A stretch of 64,000 nt of DNA from Promethearchaeota archaeon (GCA_048941285.1 JBHLNS010000002.1:64001-128000); one strand, 5' to 3'. Shown: positions 20,882-31,812, numbered from the stretch's first letter. The notes: a model not told the origin generated them from the sequence alone. Program-made: numbers and translations.

Positions 20882-21055
20882 TTAATTCTCTACATTCTTA
20901 AATTGATACCTAGTGAAAATTTTCGAAAGTTCGTAGACCGACTGCATATTTTTCCTTAAAATTGCGTTATCGAGCGTTTTATAGAATTCTGACAAATTAA
21001 TTTCATTATTTTCCTTAGGGATAGTTTCCTTCAAGCTTTTTCCTTTTTCATTCAT
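20882..21055 (-). CDS. small hypothetical protein (57 aa, not in ORF track)
   Basis: MNEKGKSLKETIPKENNEINLSEFYKTLDNAILRKNMQSVYELSKIFTRYQFKNVEN; co-oriented with flanking genes. Confidence 0.5.
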   Translation of the reverse strand: MNEKGKSLKETIPKENNEINLSEFYKTLDNAILRKNMQSVYELSKIFTRYQFKNVEN

Positions 21056-21135
21056 AACCTATATTGTATTACCCTCGGTAAAAAAAAAGAATGATATCAC
21101 AATGATACTTGAAATAAAAAAGGATTTAAAAGTAG

Positions 21136-21954
21136 TTAATCAAGATTATTAACAGACTTTTTCTTTTCATAAAATCTAGCAAAAAGGTAATAAGCAATAA
21201 AAATTATAGCTAATACTCCAACTATAATTAATAAAATTATATTAAATAATGCTGATTGTGCCTCAATGTTAGGATTATTAGGATCAACTCCGAATAAAGA
21301 ACCTAACCACGCAAAGAAGAATGCCCGAGGAATGGCTCCAATTAAAGTTCCAAGGGTGTATTTCTTAACATCCATTCCTACGAGTCCTGAAGTATAGCTT
21401 ATAGGATCAAAAGCTATGAATGGGAGCACTCTTGAAATTAAAATTGCCCATATACCATATTTTTCAATAAATGCATCAGCCATATTTATCGCTTTCTTTC
21501 CTACAAATTTTTCTGCAAGTGGACGACCTCCTTTTTTACTAACATAAAAGCAGAGAACACCTGCTGCTAAAGATCCAATTATCCCCATAAAACCTCCTAA
21601 AAAGAGCCCCCATATCATACCAGTCGCTAACAAAACAATCTCAGATGGGAGAGGTACAATAAGACCTTGAAGTGCCATTATACCTATAAAAAAGAATATT
21701 CCTAAAAATCCTAAAGCTTGAATTGGATTGACAAAAAGATTTACCACAATTGTATAGAGAAAAGTTGGATCAAAGAAATAGTTATATATAAACAATCCAA
21801 GAGACAATACAATTAAAATTACAAATAGAATAATATATAGAAGAGTTTTGGTATCGTAATGAGAGAAATCAACTAAATTTCTTAAATAGTTCTTTACTTT
21901 CGCCGAAAAAGAATGGTTTTCATCTATTTGCTTATCCTTATTTTCTTGTGTCAT
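21136..21954 (-). CDS. TVP38/TMEM64 (DedA/VTT) family membrane protein
   Basis: VPLPSEIVLLATG, ILISRVLPFIAFDPISYTSG, GTLIGAIP. Confidence 0.9.
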   Translation of the reverse strand: MTQENKDKQIDENHSFSAKVKNYLRNLVDFSHYDTKTLLYIILFVILIVLSLGLFIYNYFFDPTFLYTIVVNLFVNPIQALGFLGIFFFIGIMALQGLIVPLPSEIVLLATGMIWGLFLGGFMGIIGSLAAGVLCFYVSKKGGRPLAEKFVGKKAINMADAFIEKYGIWAILISRVLPFIAFDPISYTSGLVGMDVKKYTLGTLIGAIPRAFFFAWLGSLFGVDPNNPNIEAQSALFNIILLIIVGVLAIIFIAYYLFARFYEKKKSVNNLD

Positions 21955-22051
21955 TTTTAATAAGATTTTGAGTAAATATTAAGTAATATTAGTAATTTAA
22001 ATTTCTATAAAAAGTATTTTTTAAAGTTATTAGCAAATTTGTGGTTTAGAA

Positions 22052-22861
22052 ATGTTTAAGAATATTAAAAAATCTATAATTACGAAATTAATGTTAGTAA
22101 TAATAGTCTCTTGGGTCATTCTTGCTCTAGTTTTTGGTTTCACAGACCTAGAGATATCTAGAATTGTTGTTAACGAGAATTCAGTTTGGGGTATTTTTGG
22201 AAGAGATTATGGTGAAGCTCCAGGATATGGATTAATCGCCATTGCCTTATCAGCTTTAATTGGAAGTTACAATGATAATTTAAGGAAACAAAAAATTCCT
22301 GCGTACGTAATTATAGTAATTGGAGTTATACTACTAGTTTTAGGTATCATTTTTAATATCCAAGCTTTAGCTGTTGATGGAGCAAGCGTCTCTATTTGTG
22401 TTTTTTTATTTCTAGTTATAACATTCAATAAAGATTGGAAGAATTATAGAAATATTTCAACTGTTGTAATTATTTTGGCAGTTTTAAATCCATTGTTATT
22501 TGTACAAATCACAAAAATTTTAACAGGGAGAATTAGATTTAATGAATTAGCTCCAGGTTTTACTGATTATACTCCTTGGTTCCTACCTCCTGGACCCCTT
22601 TCTGGAGGAGATTCATTTCCATCGGGACATACAAGTGTATCTTTTATGTTTTTACCATTGCTGATACTCATGAGAGAACGTAAATTATTTGATCCAATTA
22701 GAATCTTGGTTACAGTTTTAGTATTAGGATGGGCAATATTTGTTGGAGTATCTCGGGTAATAGTTGGCGATCATTATGCTTCAGATGTCTTATTTTCAAG
22801 TATGGTGGCCGTAGTTATTACTACCTTGCTTTATAAAAAATTTTACGTCAAAACATCCTAA
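22052..22861 (+). CDS. PAP2-family membrane phosphatase
   Basis: KILTGRIR, SFPSGH, SRVIVGDHYASDV. Confidence 0.88.
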   Translation: MFKNIKKSIITKLMLVIIVSWVILALVFGFTDLEISRIVVNENSVWGIFGRDYGEAPGYGLIAIALSALIGSYNDNLRKQKIPAYVIIVIGVILLVLGIIFNIQALAVDGASVSICVFLFLVITFNKDWKNYRNISTVVIILAVLNPLLFVQITKILTGRIRFNELAPGFTDYTPWFLPPGPLSGGDSFPSGHTSVSFMFLPLLILMRERKLFDPIRILVTVLVLGWAIFVGVSRVIVGDHYASDVLFSSMVAVVITTLLYKKFYVKTS

Positions 22862-22875
22862 TCTAAGATTTTAGA

Positions 22876-24252
22876 TTAACCTTTGCTAGTAAATCTCAAG
22901 TTTTTAACTTTTATAGGTACCACTATGCTTTTAATATCATAAGCTTGTTTGATTGGCTGTTTAAATTCTTTTCCAATCTCAATATCTTTTAGAATTCGTG
23001 GAATTTCATCAGTAAATCTCATATTTCTAGCTGATCCTATAATCTCTCCATTCTTGATGATAAGCAATCCATCCTTGGTCATCCCTGTAATCGATCCTAC
23101 TGGAGGGTTAACAAAATTAATATAGTGAAAATTGGTTATTAATAATCCATTTTTAATTTCTGAAATCATTTCTTCTTTGCTGTATATGCCAGGTTTCATA
23201 GTTTCTGCAAATGGAAACCCAATTGTTTCACCAAAAAAGTTATAACAAGTTCCCAATGCTTTAGTTCCTAATCTAACTGCATCTAAACGAGAGCATGAGT
23301 AATTTTTCAAAATACCATTTTCTACAACGGGGAAACGTTGAGTTGCCAATCCCTCATCATCTATAGGTCTAGAACCTAAATGCTCAGGATTATGAGGATT
23401 ATTAATTAGCGTTAGTTTATCACTAAAAACTTGCTTTTCAAGTTTATCAGTTAAGAAACTGGCTTTATCTATTATTAATCTTGAAGAGGTAGCCATACTA
23501 ATATAAAAAAGTAGTTCATTAACAGCTTGATGATCAAGGATTACTTCATATTCACCAGTTTCAATTGTTTTAGCGCCTAATCCTTGGACAGCTCTTTTAG
23601 CAACTTCTTCTGCCTCTTGCGCAATCCCAAGTTTTGAGAATATTCTCGAACCAAAAGTACTATTAGACCGACTTACTTCACCATGCTCAATTGCATTTAT
23701 ATTAATGGTTGAAGTTATTTTTGTACTAGGGTAGAGTATCTCTTGTCCTTCAGAAGAAATGAAATATTTAAAACCATCAGTTAATAAAATATTACCGGAA
23801 ATCCCTTCAATCCGTTTATCAACAGCTTCTCCTGCAACGATAGATTCTTCAACTTTATCAACAATCGCATCAGGGCCAATATTTGAAACATTAGGATCAT
23901 TTAAACTTAATGAAGGATATTGCTGTTTCTGTTTTATAATTCCGGGGTAATCTGGATCAGGAGGTACTAATTTTGCAGTGGTAATGAGATAATCTACGAG
24001 ATTAAGAATTCGCTTCTTTGTTACATCATTTGTTGATGATTTAATCCGTTGTTTATCTTTATAGATAATAGTAATAGCGAAATCTCTGCATAAGTCTCTG
24101 TAATTTTGTAATATCTCTGAATTGGAAAACCGAGTAATATATTCTTTTGCTATTGAAGCATTTATAAAAGCATCACATCCAGAATCTTGTGCTCGTTTTA
24201 CTGCAAGTTCTGAAAGTTCAATAAACAATTCCTTTTGTTTGTCTAAACTCAT
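22876..24252 (-). CDS. pmbA: TldE/PmbA family protein
   Basis: TRFSNSEI, DDEGLAT, ITGMTKDG, NMRFTDEI; no HExxxH; follows tldD. Confidence 0.85.
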   Translation of the reverse strand: MSLDKQKELFIELSELAVKRAQDSGCDAFINASIAKEYITRFSNSEILQNYRDLCRDFAITIIYKDKQRIKSSTNDVTKKRILNLVDYLITTAKLVPPDPDYPGIIKQKQQYPSLSLNDPNVSNIGPDAIVDKVEESIVAGEAVDKRIEGISGNILLTDGFKYFISSEGQEILYPSTKITSTININAIEHGEVSRSNSTFGSRIFSKLGIAQEAEEVAKRAVQGLGAKTIETGEYEVILDHQAVNELLFYISMATSSRLIIDKASFLTDKLEKQVFSDKLTLINNPHNPEHLGSRPIDDEGLATQRFPVVENGILKNYSCSRLDAVRLGTKALGTCYNFFGETIGFPFAETMKPGIYSKEEMISEIKNGLLITNFHYINFVNPPVGSITGMTKDGLLIIKNGEIIGSARNMRFTDEIPRILKDIEIGKEFKQPIKQAYDIKSIVVPIKVKNLRFTSKG

Positions 24253-24263
24253 AATTACACCTC

Positions 24264-25715
24264 TTAACCACTAAATATACTTACTCCTTGGAATCTAGAC
24301 CATGGACCACCATGAGAAATCCACATTGACTGCATATATGGTGCTCCTTTACCACAAACTGGACCATGACCATCAATTCTCCATTCTTTAGTCATCATAT
24401 CTAATCCCCCCCAGAATTCAGGAGTAGCTGCTTGATATATAGTATTTTTCAAAGGTTTCCCTAGTTCACCATTTTTAATTTCATAAGCAATCTGTACGGC
24501 AAATTGGAAATTCATTCTCTTATCGTCAATACTATGAGATTTCCAATTAATACCATATATTCCTTCTTTCGTTTCAGATATAAGTTCATCAACATTTTTA
24601 GGTCCTTGAGGGTCTGGTTCGAGATATAAATTACTCATTCTAATAAGAGGAAATCTATTATATCTGTCAACTCTCGCATTTCCATTACTATACTCTTTAC
24701 CTATAAGCTTAGCTGTTTGCCTATCCGATTGATAATCATTAAAAATCCCTTCTTTTACCACATAAAACTTTTTAGTTTTTACTCCTTCATGGTCATATTT
24801 TTCATGACCTAGAACATAGGGCATTGTTGGATCGCAGATTAAATTCACTTTCTCTGATCCATATTGATAATTAGATCCAAGTTTATCTAAGGTTAGAAAA
24901 CTTGTTCCAGCAAAATCTGCTTCCCATCCCAAAACCCTATCAAGTTCTGAAGGATGCCCACAAGATTCATGAATTGTGAGACCAAGTTGGTATGGCTCTA
25001 ATATAAAAGTTGTTTTTTGAGGTTTAGGAGCGATAGCTTCGGTCGCAAGAATTATTGCTTCAGTTGCAATTTGATCTGATGTTTTTTCAAAATTAAACAT
25101 GTCAATATATTCATAACCTCGCATATCAAACAACATTATATTCCTATTCTGGTTATCCTTTTCAATTGCAGTTGCTGAACAACCAGCACCAGAGAATAAC
25201 TCTTGTTGAGATATCAATGTTCCTTCAGAATTACCATAATTGATATTAATTTTTGCAAAATACATTGAGTTCTCTCTTACTTTAATACTATTGCCTTTTT
25301 CCGCCATTATAGAATCTGCATTCTTCAAAATCTCTATTTTATCTTCTATATCAACCTCAAAGGGATCTATTTTGAAAGAAGTTTCATATGTATCTTTAAT
25401 AATCGGTTCGTCAGTTAGTTGAACTGGATTCTTTATTATTCTACTAGTAGCTTCAGCTTCTTTTACAGCTGCTTCAACTATCTCAGGTAAAATAGATTTA
25501 TCTATGATTGCCGTACTAGCAAAACCCCAAGCTCCATTTTTTAATACACGAATTCCATATCCGATATCTTTAGCTCTCATTAGGTTATCAATTTGTCCAT
25601 TTCTGATCCGTAATTCTTCTACTTCATATCCAAAAAATCTACATTCAGCAAAATCAACATCATTCAATTCTGCTTTTTTTAATGATAAGGAAATAAAATC
25701 TTCCATAGTTATCAA
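24264..25715 (-). CDS. tldD: TldD metalloprotease
   Basis: GIRVLKNGAWGFAS, HESCGHPSELDR, RMSNL, CGKG. Confidence 0.9.
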   Translation of the reverse strand: MITMEDFISLSLKKAELNDVDFAECRFFGYEVEELRIRNGQIDNLMRAKDIGYGIRVLKNGAWGFASTAIIDKSILPEIVEAAVKEAEATSRIIKNPVQLTDEPIIKDTYETSFKIDPFEVDIEDKIEILKNADSIMAEKGNSIKVRENSMYFAKININYGNSEGTLISQQELFSGAGCSATAIEKDNQNRNIMLFDMRGYEYIDMFNFEKTSDQIATEAIILATEAIAPKPQKTTFILEPYQLGLTIHESCGHPSELDRVLGWEADFAGTSFLTLDKLGSNYQYGSEKVNLICDPTMPYVLGHEKYDHEGVKTKKFYVVKEGIFNDYQSDRQTAKLIGKEYSNGNARVDRYNRFPLIRMSNLYLEPDPQGPKNVDELISETKEGIYGINWKSHSIDDKRMNFQFAVQIAYEIKNGELGKPLKNTIYQAATPEFWGGLDMMTKEWRIDGHGPVCGKGAPYMQSMWISHGGPWSRFQGVSIFSG

Positions 25716-25848
25716 GTAAAAATAATATTACATTTAATGAATGAGTTTTTTTAATAATAGTTTTCTTTAATAATTGCATTTTACAAAACTATTATTTTTT
25801 AAATAATAAATCACAATGATTGATTAATATTAATAAGGAGAATAAAAA

Positions 25849-26499
25849 TTGAGAGAAATCATTAAGGATATTTATCATATAGGAGATTCTGGTTGTTCAG
25901 TTTATTTAATACAAACCCATAGTGAAGAAGGTCTGGTTTTAATTGATTGTGGAATGAGTGTTAAGATGATAAAAAAGATTGATAGTATCAATTTAAATCC
26001 AATGGATATTAACCATTGCATTATAACGCATTTCCATATTGATCATATTGCTGCCTGTTATGATCTTAAGCAATTTAACGAAAAAATAAATTTTTATGCT
26101 CATGAGATGGACGCAGACGCAATAGAAGAAGTAGGTCATGATAAAGAAACCGCAGCTAAATGGTATGGAGTGAGTTATAAACCAGTTAAACTTAAAAAAA
26201 GATTGAAAGGTGAACTCGAGACACTTGTTTTCGGTATTTATGATTTTCAATGCATTCATACACCTGGTCATACTCCAGGATCTATTTCAATTCTACTCCA
26301 AACTAAAGAAAACAAAAAAATCTTGTTTGGACAAGATTTGCATGGACCAATTATTCCTGGAGTAAGTAATTATGAGGATTACCAAAATTCATTACGCAAA
26401 CTCCTTGATTTAAAAGCAGATATTTTATGTGAAGGTCATTTTGGGATTTTTCAACCAGCAAGCGAAGTTCAAAGATATATTAAACAATATATAGATTGA
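25849..26499 (+). CDS. MBL-fold hydrolase (glyoxalase II-like)
   Basis: LIDCG, THFHIDH, HTPGHTPGS, CEGHFG. Confidence 0.88.
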   Translation: MREIIKDIYHIGDSGCSVYLIQTHSEEGLVLIDCGMSVKMIKKIDSINLNPMDINHCIITHFHIDHIAACYDLKQFNEKINFYAHEMDADAIEEVGHDKETAAKWYGVSYKPVKLKKRLKGELETLVFGIYDFQCIHTPGHTPGSISILLQTKENKKILFGQDLHGPIIPGVSNYEDYQNSLRKLLDLKADILCEGHFGIFQPASEVQRYIKQYID

Positions 26500-26526
26500 A
26501 TAAGGATTAACTCAAATAAGATTTAC

Positions 26527-27000
26527 TTAAGATTCTGCTTTTTGCTCTTTGCCCGTTATATCAGATATATCCATCCGTAACATTCCCGAATTTTCATAGG
26601 TTTCATCTTTTTTTAGGTACTTATTTCTAATGATATTAGGATCTTGTTCCAATTGATTTAATAGAATATTGAATCCATATTTTTTTTCTTTTAAAGTTTC
26701 TATAATTTCCATTTTTCCTCTAAACACTATTGAGCGAAAGGTTTGACCGCAAGCTTCTTCATACCCATTATCCTCGATGACAGTGCCACACACGTAAGGA
26801 TTCGCTTTTATGAAATCTATTTTTTGCCCTTCTTTTGCGCAATGAAAATATAAAGCATTTTTGGATTCATCATATCCATAACTTAAAGTAATAATGTAAG
26901 GTTCATTCTCTTTAGCCAAAGAAAAAACCGCATATTTTCCTCCTTTTAATAACTCACGTAATTCTTCTGTATTCTTTATTTCCTTTTCAATCCTTCTCAT
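26527..27000 (-). CDS. pyridoxamine 5'-phosphate oxidase-like (NimA-type) flavin-binding protein
   Basis: MRRIEKEI, PYIITLSYGY, LYFHCAKEGQK, SIVFRG, ITGK. Confidence 0.85.
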   Translation of the reverse strand: MRRIEKEIKNTEELRELLKGGKYAVFSLAKENEPYIITLSYGYDESKNALYFHCAKEGQKIDFIKANPYVCGTVIEDNGYEEACGQTFRSIVFRGKMEIIETLKEKKYGFNILLNQLEQDPNIIRNKYLKKDETYENSGMLRMDISDITGKEQKAES

Positions 27001-27172
27001 GTGATATTTGGGTATAATAAACCACCCCTTAAAAACTCCAAATTAAAAAAGTAAATTTTCCTTTGTTTAAATTTTCACCTCGAAATTCTTTAAATTTATT
27101 GTTCAAAACCTCTTTAACTTATAAGATCATATCATTAATTTTATCAAACTTCAACTATTTTTCAAATATAAG

Positions 27173-28033
27173 ATGGTTTTAGAAGATTGGCATACTCATA
27201 ATGAACTATGTCGCCACGCAGTAGGCTCTATTGAGGATTATATTAAACAAGCTATCAAATTAAATTTGGATCTTATTGGAATTAGTGATCATTTCCCATA
27301 TGAATATCTTAAGAACAGCAGTGTCTTAATAGAAGAAGTTCCTTATCAAGAATATGCCATGAAGTTAAGTGAGGTTGAATTATATTTTTCTACAATTCAA
27401 AAGTTGAAGAAGAAATATGATAATGATATTCAGATAAGAATAGCTTTTGAGATCGACTATTTTAGAAGTCAAGAAGAATTATTAATTAAATATTTGAAAA
27501 AAAGGGTTGATTTAATAGACTATATTTTAGGATCTGTCCATATGTTACATGGAAAATCAAGATTATTTGCTTTTGATGATGAAAGATTCTTAAGCATGTA
27601 TAAAGAATATGAGAATATTGATATCATCTATTTAGAATATTATCATAATTTACAGGATATGATCAATTCAGATAAATTTGAATTTGATATCTTATGCCAT
27701 TTTGATTTACCAAAGAAATACAATAAAAGAGCTATCAATAAGGATTTAGTTATGAATGAAGCGATTAAGACTCTAGAGCTGGCAAAGAAATTAGATTTAA
27801 CTATAGAAATAAATACCGGAGGATTAAGAAAGCAAGTGAAAGAACAATACCCCAGTTTTGAAATTATTGAACGAATGTATGAGTTAGATATCCCAATCCT
27901 TCTATCTTCTGATGCACACCATCCAGATGATCTAGGATATAAATTTAATAAAATGTTAAAACTATTAAGAAAAATTGGTTATAATCAATTAGCTCATTTT
28001 AAAAAAAGAAAAAGATCATTTATAGAGATATAA
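27173..28033 (+). CDS. histidinol-phosphatase, PHP family
   Basis: DWHTHN..C.HA, GISDH, EIDY, DYILGSVH, HFDL, EINTGG, SSDAH. Confidence 0.85.
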   Translation: MVLEDWHTHNELCRHAVGSIEDYIKQAIKLNLDLIGISDHFPYEYLKNSSVLIEEVPYQEYAMKLSEVELYFSTIQKLKKKYDNDIQIRIAFEIDYFRSQEELLIKYLKKRVDLIDYILGSVHMLHGKSRLFAFDDERFLSMYKEYENIDIIYLEYYHNLQDMINSDKFEFDILCHFDLPKKYNKRAINKDLVMNEAIKTLELAKKLDLTIEINTGGLRKQVKEQYPSFEIIERMYELDIPILLSSDAHHPDDLGYKFNKMLKLLRKIGYNQLAHFKKRKRSFIEI

Positions 28034-28054
28034 TAATTTACATTTAGGATTGAG

Positions 28055-28771
28055 ATGAAGGAAAAAAATAGTGATAAATGTGAAATTTGTGGCAAGAACT
28101 TAATTTATGCTACTAAATTTGAAGATTATAAGGATCTAAAGTGTGAAATTTGTGGTAAAATTTTTAAATCGAATGTTTATTGTGAAATAGGTCATTATAT
28201 GTGCGATACTTGTCATTCCAAAGGTCCAATTGAAATTATTGAACAAATTTGTGCTGAAACAAGGCTTAAGGATCCATTTGAATTAGCAGATAAGATTATG
28301 AAGCATCCTAACTTTAAAATTTATGGCCCTGAACATCATGTGTTGACACCAACTGTTATTTTAACGGCACTTAGAAACAATAATATAAAAAAACCTAATG
28401 GAAATGAAATAACTTTGTTTGATATCAAAGAAGCAATACGGAGAGCCTCTAAGATCCCGGGTGGTTGGTGTGGGTATTATGGATCGTGTGGTGCGGGAAT
28501 GGGTTCTGGTATAGCAATAAGTATTTTCATGGATGCAACACCCTCAACAGATTATCCAAGAACATTAGCAAATCAAATTACGTCTAGATCATTAGAAAAA
28601 ATAGCCGATAATTTGGAGCATTGCTGTAAAAGATCTGTTAGATTATCAATTATCGAAACTTTAGAACTCTTAAAAGAGAAGTTTAATATTGATTTAGGAT
28701 ATATTAACAAAAATTGTATATTCTCAAGAGTCAACAAAAAATGTGAAAGAGAAAAGTGTCCTGTTTTTTAA
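28055..28771 (+). CDS. Cys-rich DUF5714-like protein
   Basis: CEICG x2, GHYMCDTCH, GPEHH, PGGWCGYYGSCGAG, CCKRS. Confidence 0.7.
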   Translation: MKEKNSDKCEICGKNLIYATKFEDYKDLKCEICGKIFKSNVYCEIGHYMCDTCHSKGPIEIIEQICAETRLKDPFELADKIMKHPNFKIYGPEHHVLTPTVILTALRNNNIKKPNGNEITLFDIKEAIRRASKIPGGWCGYYGSCGAGMGSGIAISIFMDATPSTDYPRTLANQITSRSLEKIADNLEHCCKRSVRLSIIETLELLKEKFNIDLGYINKNCIFSRVNKKCEREKCPVF

Positions 28772-28779
28772 TTATAGAT

Positions 28780-29580
28780 TTAAACTTTTCTACTCTGTAT
28801 CCACCCTTCAGTGGATATTGAATTAAGCAGTTTAATATGTTTGGAATCTTTTGTATGAATTACTAAATTATTATCATCAGAATTGCCAATTATAGCTAAT
28901 AGTAGTTCTTCTCCATCTCTAGTTAAGACGTATCTATCTGCTCTTTCATAATTTCTAAGAGCTATGTTATCTAGGCTTTCAAATTCCTCGAGAAGTTCAT
29001 TATGTTCCTCAATTTCAGGACTAATTCTACAAGCAATTTTCAAAGAGACAGACGATCTTAATTCATACAAATATAATTCCTGCAAATCTTCAATAGAAGG
29101 GACAACAATTGTAACATTAGCTATAGCCTTCTCTAGAATCTCTCTCATTTTTTCGATAATGGTGGGCTTAGAAATTTGCAATTTTGTAAAATCAATAATT
29201 TTAACATCATTAGAACTAGTTTGTGCCTCTTTAAGTTTCTCATTTTCTAATTCTAAGCTCTCTATATCTTCGTCAGCTTTAGATAATTCTTCATTTAATA
29301 TTTTTATTTCTTTCTGAAGTTGATTGATAGTGGCATCTTTTTGTTTTAATATATTATGATCAACTGCTGAAGAAGTCAATTTTTTAATTTCTTCATCCTT
29401 TAGTGTTATAGTTTTTTCTAAGGTTTTGGCTCCCTTATCTTTAGTCTCTAAAGTCTTTTCAAGTATTTTGATTTGTTCGTCTTTTAATGAAAGAGAATTC
29501 TCAAGTGTCTTGATTTGTTCATCTTTTAATTTAATGAGATTATCCTTTGTCTCTAACTGCTTTTTAATTTCATAATCCAT
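28780..29580 (-). CDS. coiled-coil protein with 14-residue repeats and C-terminal alpha/beta (PLD/TrmB-like) domain
   Basis: LKDEQIKTLENSLS/LKDEQIKILEKTLE/TKDKGAKTLEKTIT/LKDEEIKKL; C-terminal TRDGEELLLA. Confidence 0.7.
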   Translation of the reverse strand: MDYEIKKQLETKDNLIKLKDEQIKTLENSLSLKDEQIKILEKTLETKDKGAKTLEKTITLKDEEIKKLTSSAVDHNILKQKDATINQLQKEIKILNEELSKADEDIESLELENEKLKEAQTSSNDVKIIDFTKLQISKPTIIEKMREILEKAIANVTIVVPSIEDLQELYLYELRSSVSLKIACRISPEIEEHNELLEEFESLDNIALRNYERADRYVLTRDGEELLLAIIGNSDDNNLVIHTKDSKHIKLLNSISTEGWIQSRKV

Positions 29581-29801
29581 AATCTAACAAGATCACAATA
29601 TTTTTTATTTATATTTTTAACTATAAAGATTATAATTTTAAAATTTATTATTTCTAAATCCTTTTTATCATTTTTAACATTATATCAATCTGATTCAATT
29701 TCAGCCATCTAACAACTTTGAGTTATTATCATATACATTTTTTTAAAATTATTATTAAATTATTAGAATATCTTTTTATTTTCAGTTATACAATATTCCC
29801 T

Positions 29802-30539
29802 ATGAATGATCAAGAAAAAATACTAGAAGAATTAAAATCAGATGTGTCTGAACGAATAGAAAAAGAGCTTGAATCCTCTTCAGCAATATTAGGTATTAAT
29901 GTTGGAACACTAGAGGGTACTAAAATTGCAAGCATATTCAAAAAAGATATTAAAATGACAACGGGCGAAGTTACAGCAGCAAACAGCAGCCTAGTATTTC
30001 TTTCGTCTAAAATGTTAAAAGATTCACTAAATCAAGAAGTCTCTTATAACTTAATTTTTGGCAAGGAAAAAATAGTTTTATCAATTTTGACAGAAATTAT
30101 TACTATGATTATCTATTTAAATCGAGAAATTGCTGAACTCGAAGGTTTAGATTCTTATATAGAAAAATTACAAAAATTAAGTTTACAAATATCTGCTATA
30201 ATTGAAACCTCAGATATTCTTAAGGAGGAAATTTTTAAAGGTCTTAAGAGGGCAATCCCAAATACTTTGGTTTTAGCAATTATTACAAAAGACGGATTAC
30301 CCATTAAGGTTCAATCTACTATGCCCGAACCAATTCTTTCTGCTATGGTTGCTGCTTTATATAATTTATCCGGGGTATTATTAGAAAGTCACATGGAATA
30401 CTCGATTATCGGTGGAGAGAATGGCTCTGTAATTCTTCATGACTTAGATGAGAATAGAGTTTTAGCAATAGCAGTTCCAGAATCAGATGGAAGGAAGTTA
30501 GGAACATACATCGCAAAGATAAAGGCAATCATTCAATAA
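29802..30539 (+). CDS. tandem Roadblock/LC7 domain protein
   Basis: Two repeats of GINVGTLEGTKIAS / LAIITKDGLPIKV; ILSAMVAAL; IIGGENGSVIL; probable start ATG 29802. Confidence 0.8.
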   Translation: MNDQEKILEELKSDVSERIEKELESSSAILGINVGTLEGTKIASIFKKDIKMTTGEVTAANSSLVFLSSKMLKDSLNQEVSYNLIFGKEKIVLSILTEIITMIIYLNREIAELEGLDSYIEKLQKLSLQISAIIETSDILKEEIFKGLKRAIPNTLVLAIITKDGLPIKVQSTMPEPILSAMVAALYNLSGVLLESHMEYSIIGGENGSVILHDLDENRVLAIAVPESDGRKLGTYIAKIKAIIQ

Positions 30540-31776
30540 TTCCATTAATTTTACTTACAACATCTTTAGCACCACTATAAGATTCAGAAAAAGTTTTCCC
30601 CTCATATAAAATAGTACATAAAGGTTCACCTTTAGAAGTGTTCTTAATTGGTTCAGATTTATCATGAATGAACTTTAACATATTGATTTTTGGTATAATG
30701 TTTTTATTAATATCTTTTGGGGCAAAAAAGATTAATTTTGTTGCAAAACTTTTGGGTTTTGTGGATTTAATTAGAGTTGTAATACTTTTCCACTCTTCAG
30801 GGATGAAACTTTTAATATGTAGGTCTAAAAGATTTAAATTTAAAACTAATTCAGAGGCTCTAATTGAGCCTGGAATTCTTGGATTACATTCCATAAGATA
30901 TGGATAATGTTCTTTTAATACAAAATCAAATCCGTTAATTCCTTTTAAACCTAATTTTTTAGATAAAAATATTGATATTTCAGAGATAATTTTCATATCT
31001 TTTTTAATTAAACCCGCAGGTACAATATTGCCACAATAAACAAATTCTTTTGGAGGATAGAGGAATTTTTCACCAATAATTTGACGGTTTATAGAAATAA
31101 CTTCACACTCTTTACCATTTGAAATCACAGTACAACTTACTGGAGTCCCTGTGATATATTCTTCAATTAACCATTCTGATTGCAAAAAAGATTTCTTTTC
31201 TAAAAGCTGCGTTTGATTATTTAAATTGATTTCATCTTCAATTTTAAAAACATTCATACCCCCAGCGCTTCTCTTTTTCTTCAATATAAAAGGATATTTT
31301 AGATCACAATCATTTAAATTCAAATTTTCAAATGAATAATAAATCGGAACATTGTAGTTATTGGATTTAAGTAAATCAAAAACAAATTCAATATCTCTTG
31401 ATTTTTTTATAACCTCTAAATCGTTATTAACACTTTTCGTATTAAACTTTTGAAGATGATCTATAATAAGTGTTCTTTCTTCGTAAGCATCATCTAATCC
31501 ACTTCCTATTAATAAATACTCTACGTCTGGATGTTTCTGGAGCAATTTAAGTGCAAACTCAGCTAGATATCTACTATATCTATCTTTCAGAGAGTTATAT
31601 GTACTTTTTAATTCTTTCAGAACTATAATATAATCTTTTACAAAAGGGAAAAGATCTAAGTCTCCAAAAAAATCTACAGCATATACCTCATACCCTACTT
31701 TTTTTAGAGAATAGGCTAATGGCCGTGTATTAAATCCAACAACTAAAATTGATTTCGAATTATTAACCATTATCAA
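30529..31776 (-). CDS. ATP-grasp enzyme (COG2232-like, associated with C1-cofactor biosynthesis)
   Basis: VGFNTRPLA, DFFGDLDL, SAGG, EEYITG, YCGN, GINGFDF, ECNPR. Confidence 0.8.
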   Translation of the reverse strand: MIMVNNSKSILVVGFNTRPLAYSLKKVGYEVYAVDFFGDLDLFPFVKDYIIVLKELKSTYNSLKDRYSRYLAEFALKLLQKHPDVEYLLIGSGLDDAYEERTLIIDHLQKFNTKSVNNDLEVIKKSRDIEFVFDLLKSNNYNVPIYYSFENLNLNDCDLKYPFILKKKRSAGGMNVFKIEDEINLNNQTQLLEKKSFLQSEWLIEEYITGTPVSCTVISNGKECEVISINRQIIGEKFLYPPKEFVYCGNIVPAGLIKKDMKIISEISIFLSKKLGLKGINGFDFVLKEHYPYLMECNPRIPGSIRASELVLNLNLLDLHIKSFIPEEWKSITTLIKSTKPKSFATKLIFFAPKDINKNIIPKINMLKFIHDKSEPIKNTSKGEPLCTILYEGKTFSESYSGAKDVVSKINGIIE

Positions 31777-31812
31777 AGTTAATGATATAAAAATTAATGA
31801 AATTTTGCTTCA

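Noticed and set aside
22876-25715. tldD/tldE as a RiPP maturation cluster
   Set aside because: Widespread housekeeping pair; no precursor or YcaO gene adjacent, and about 28 kb from the acidic peptide
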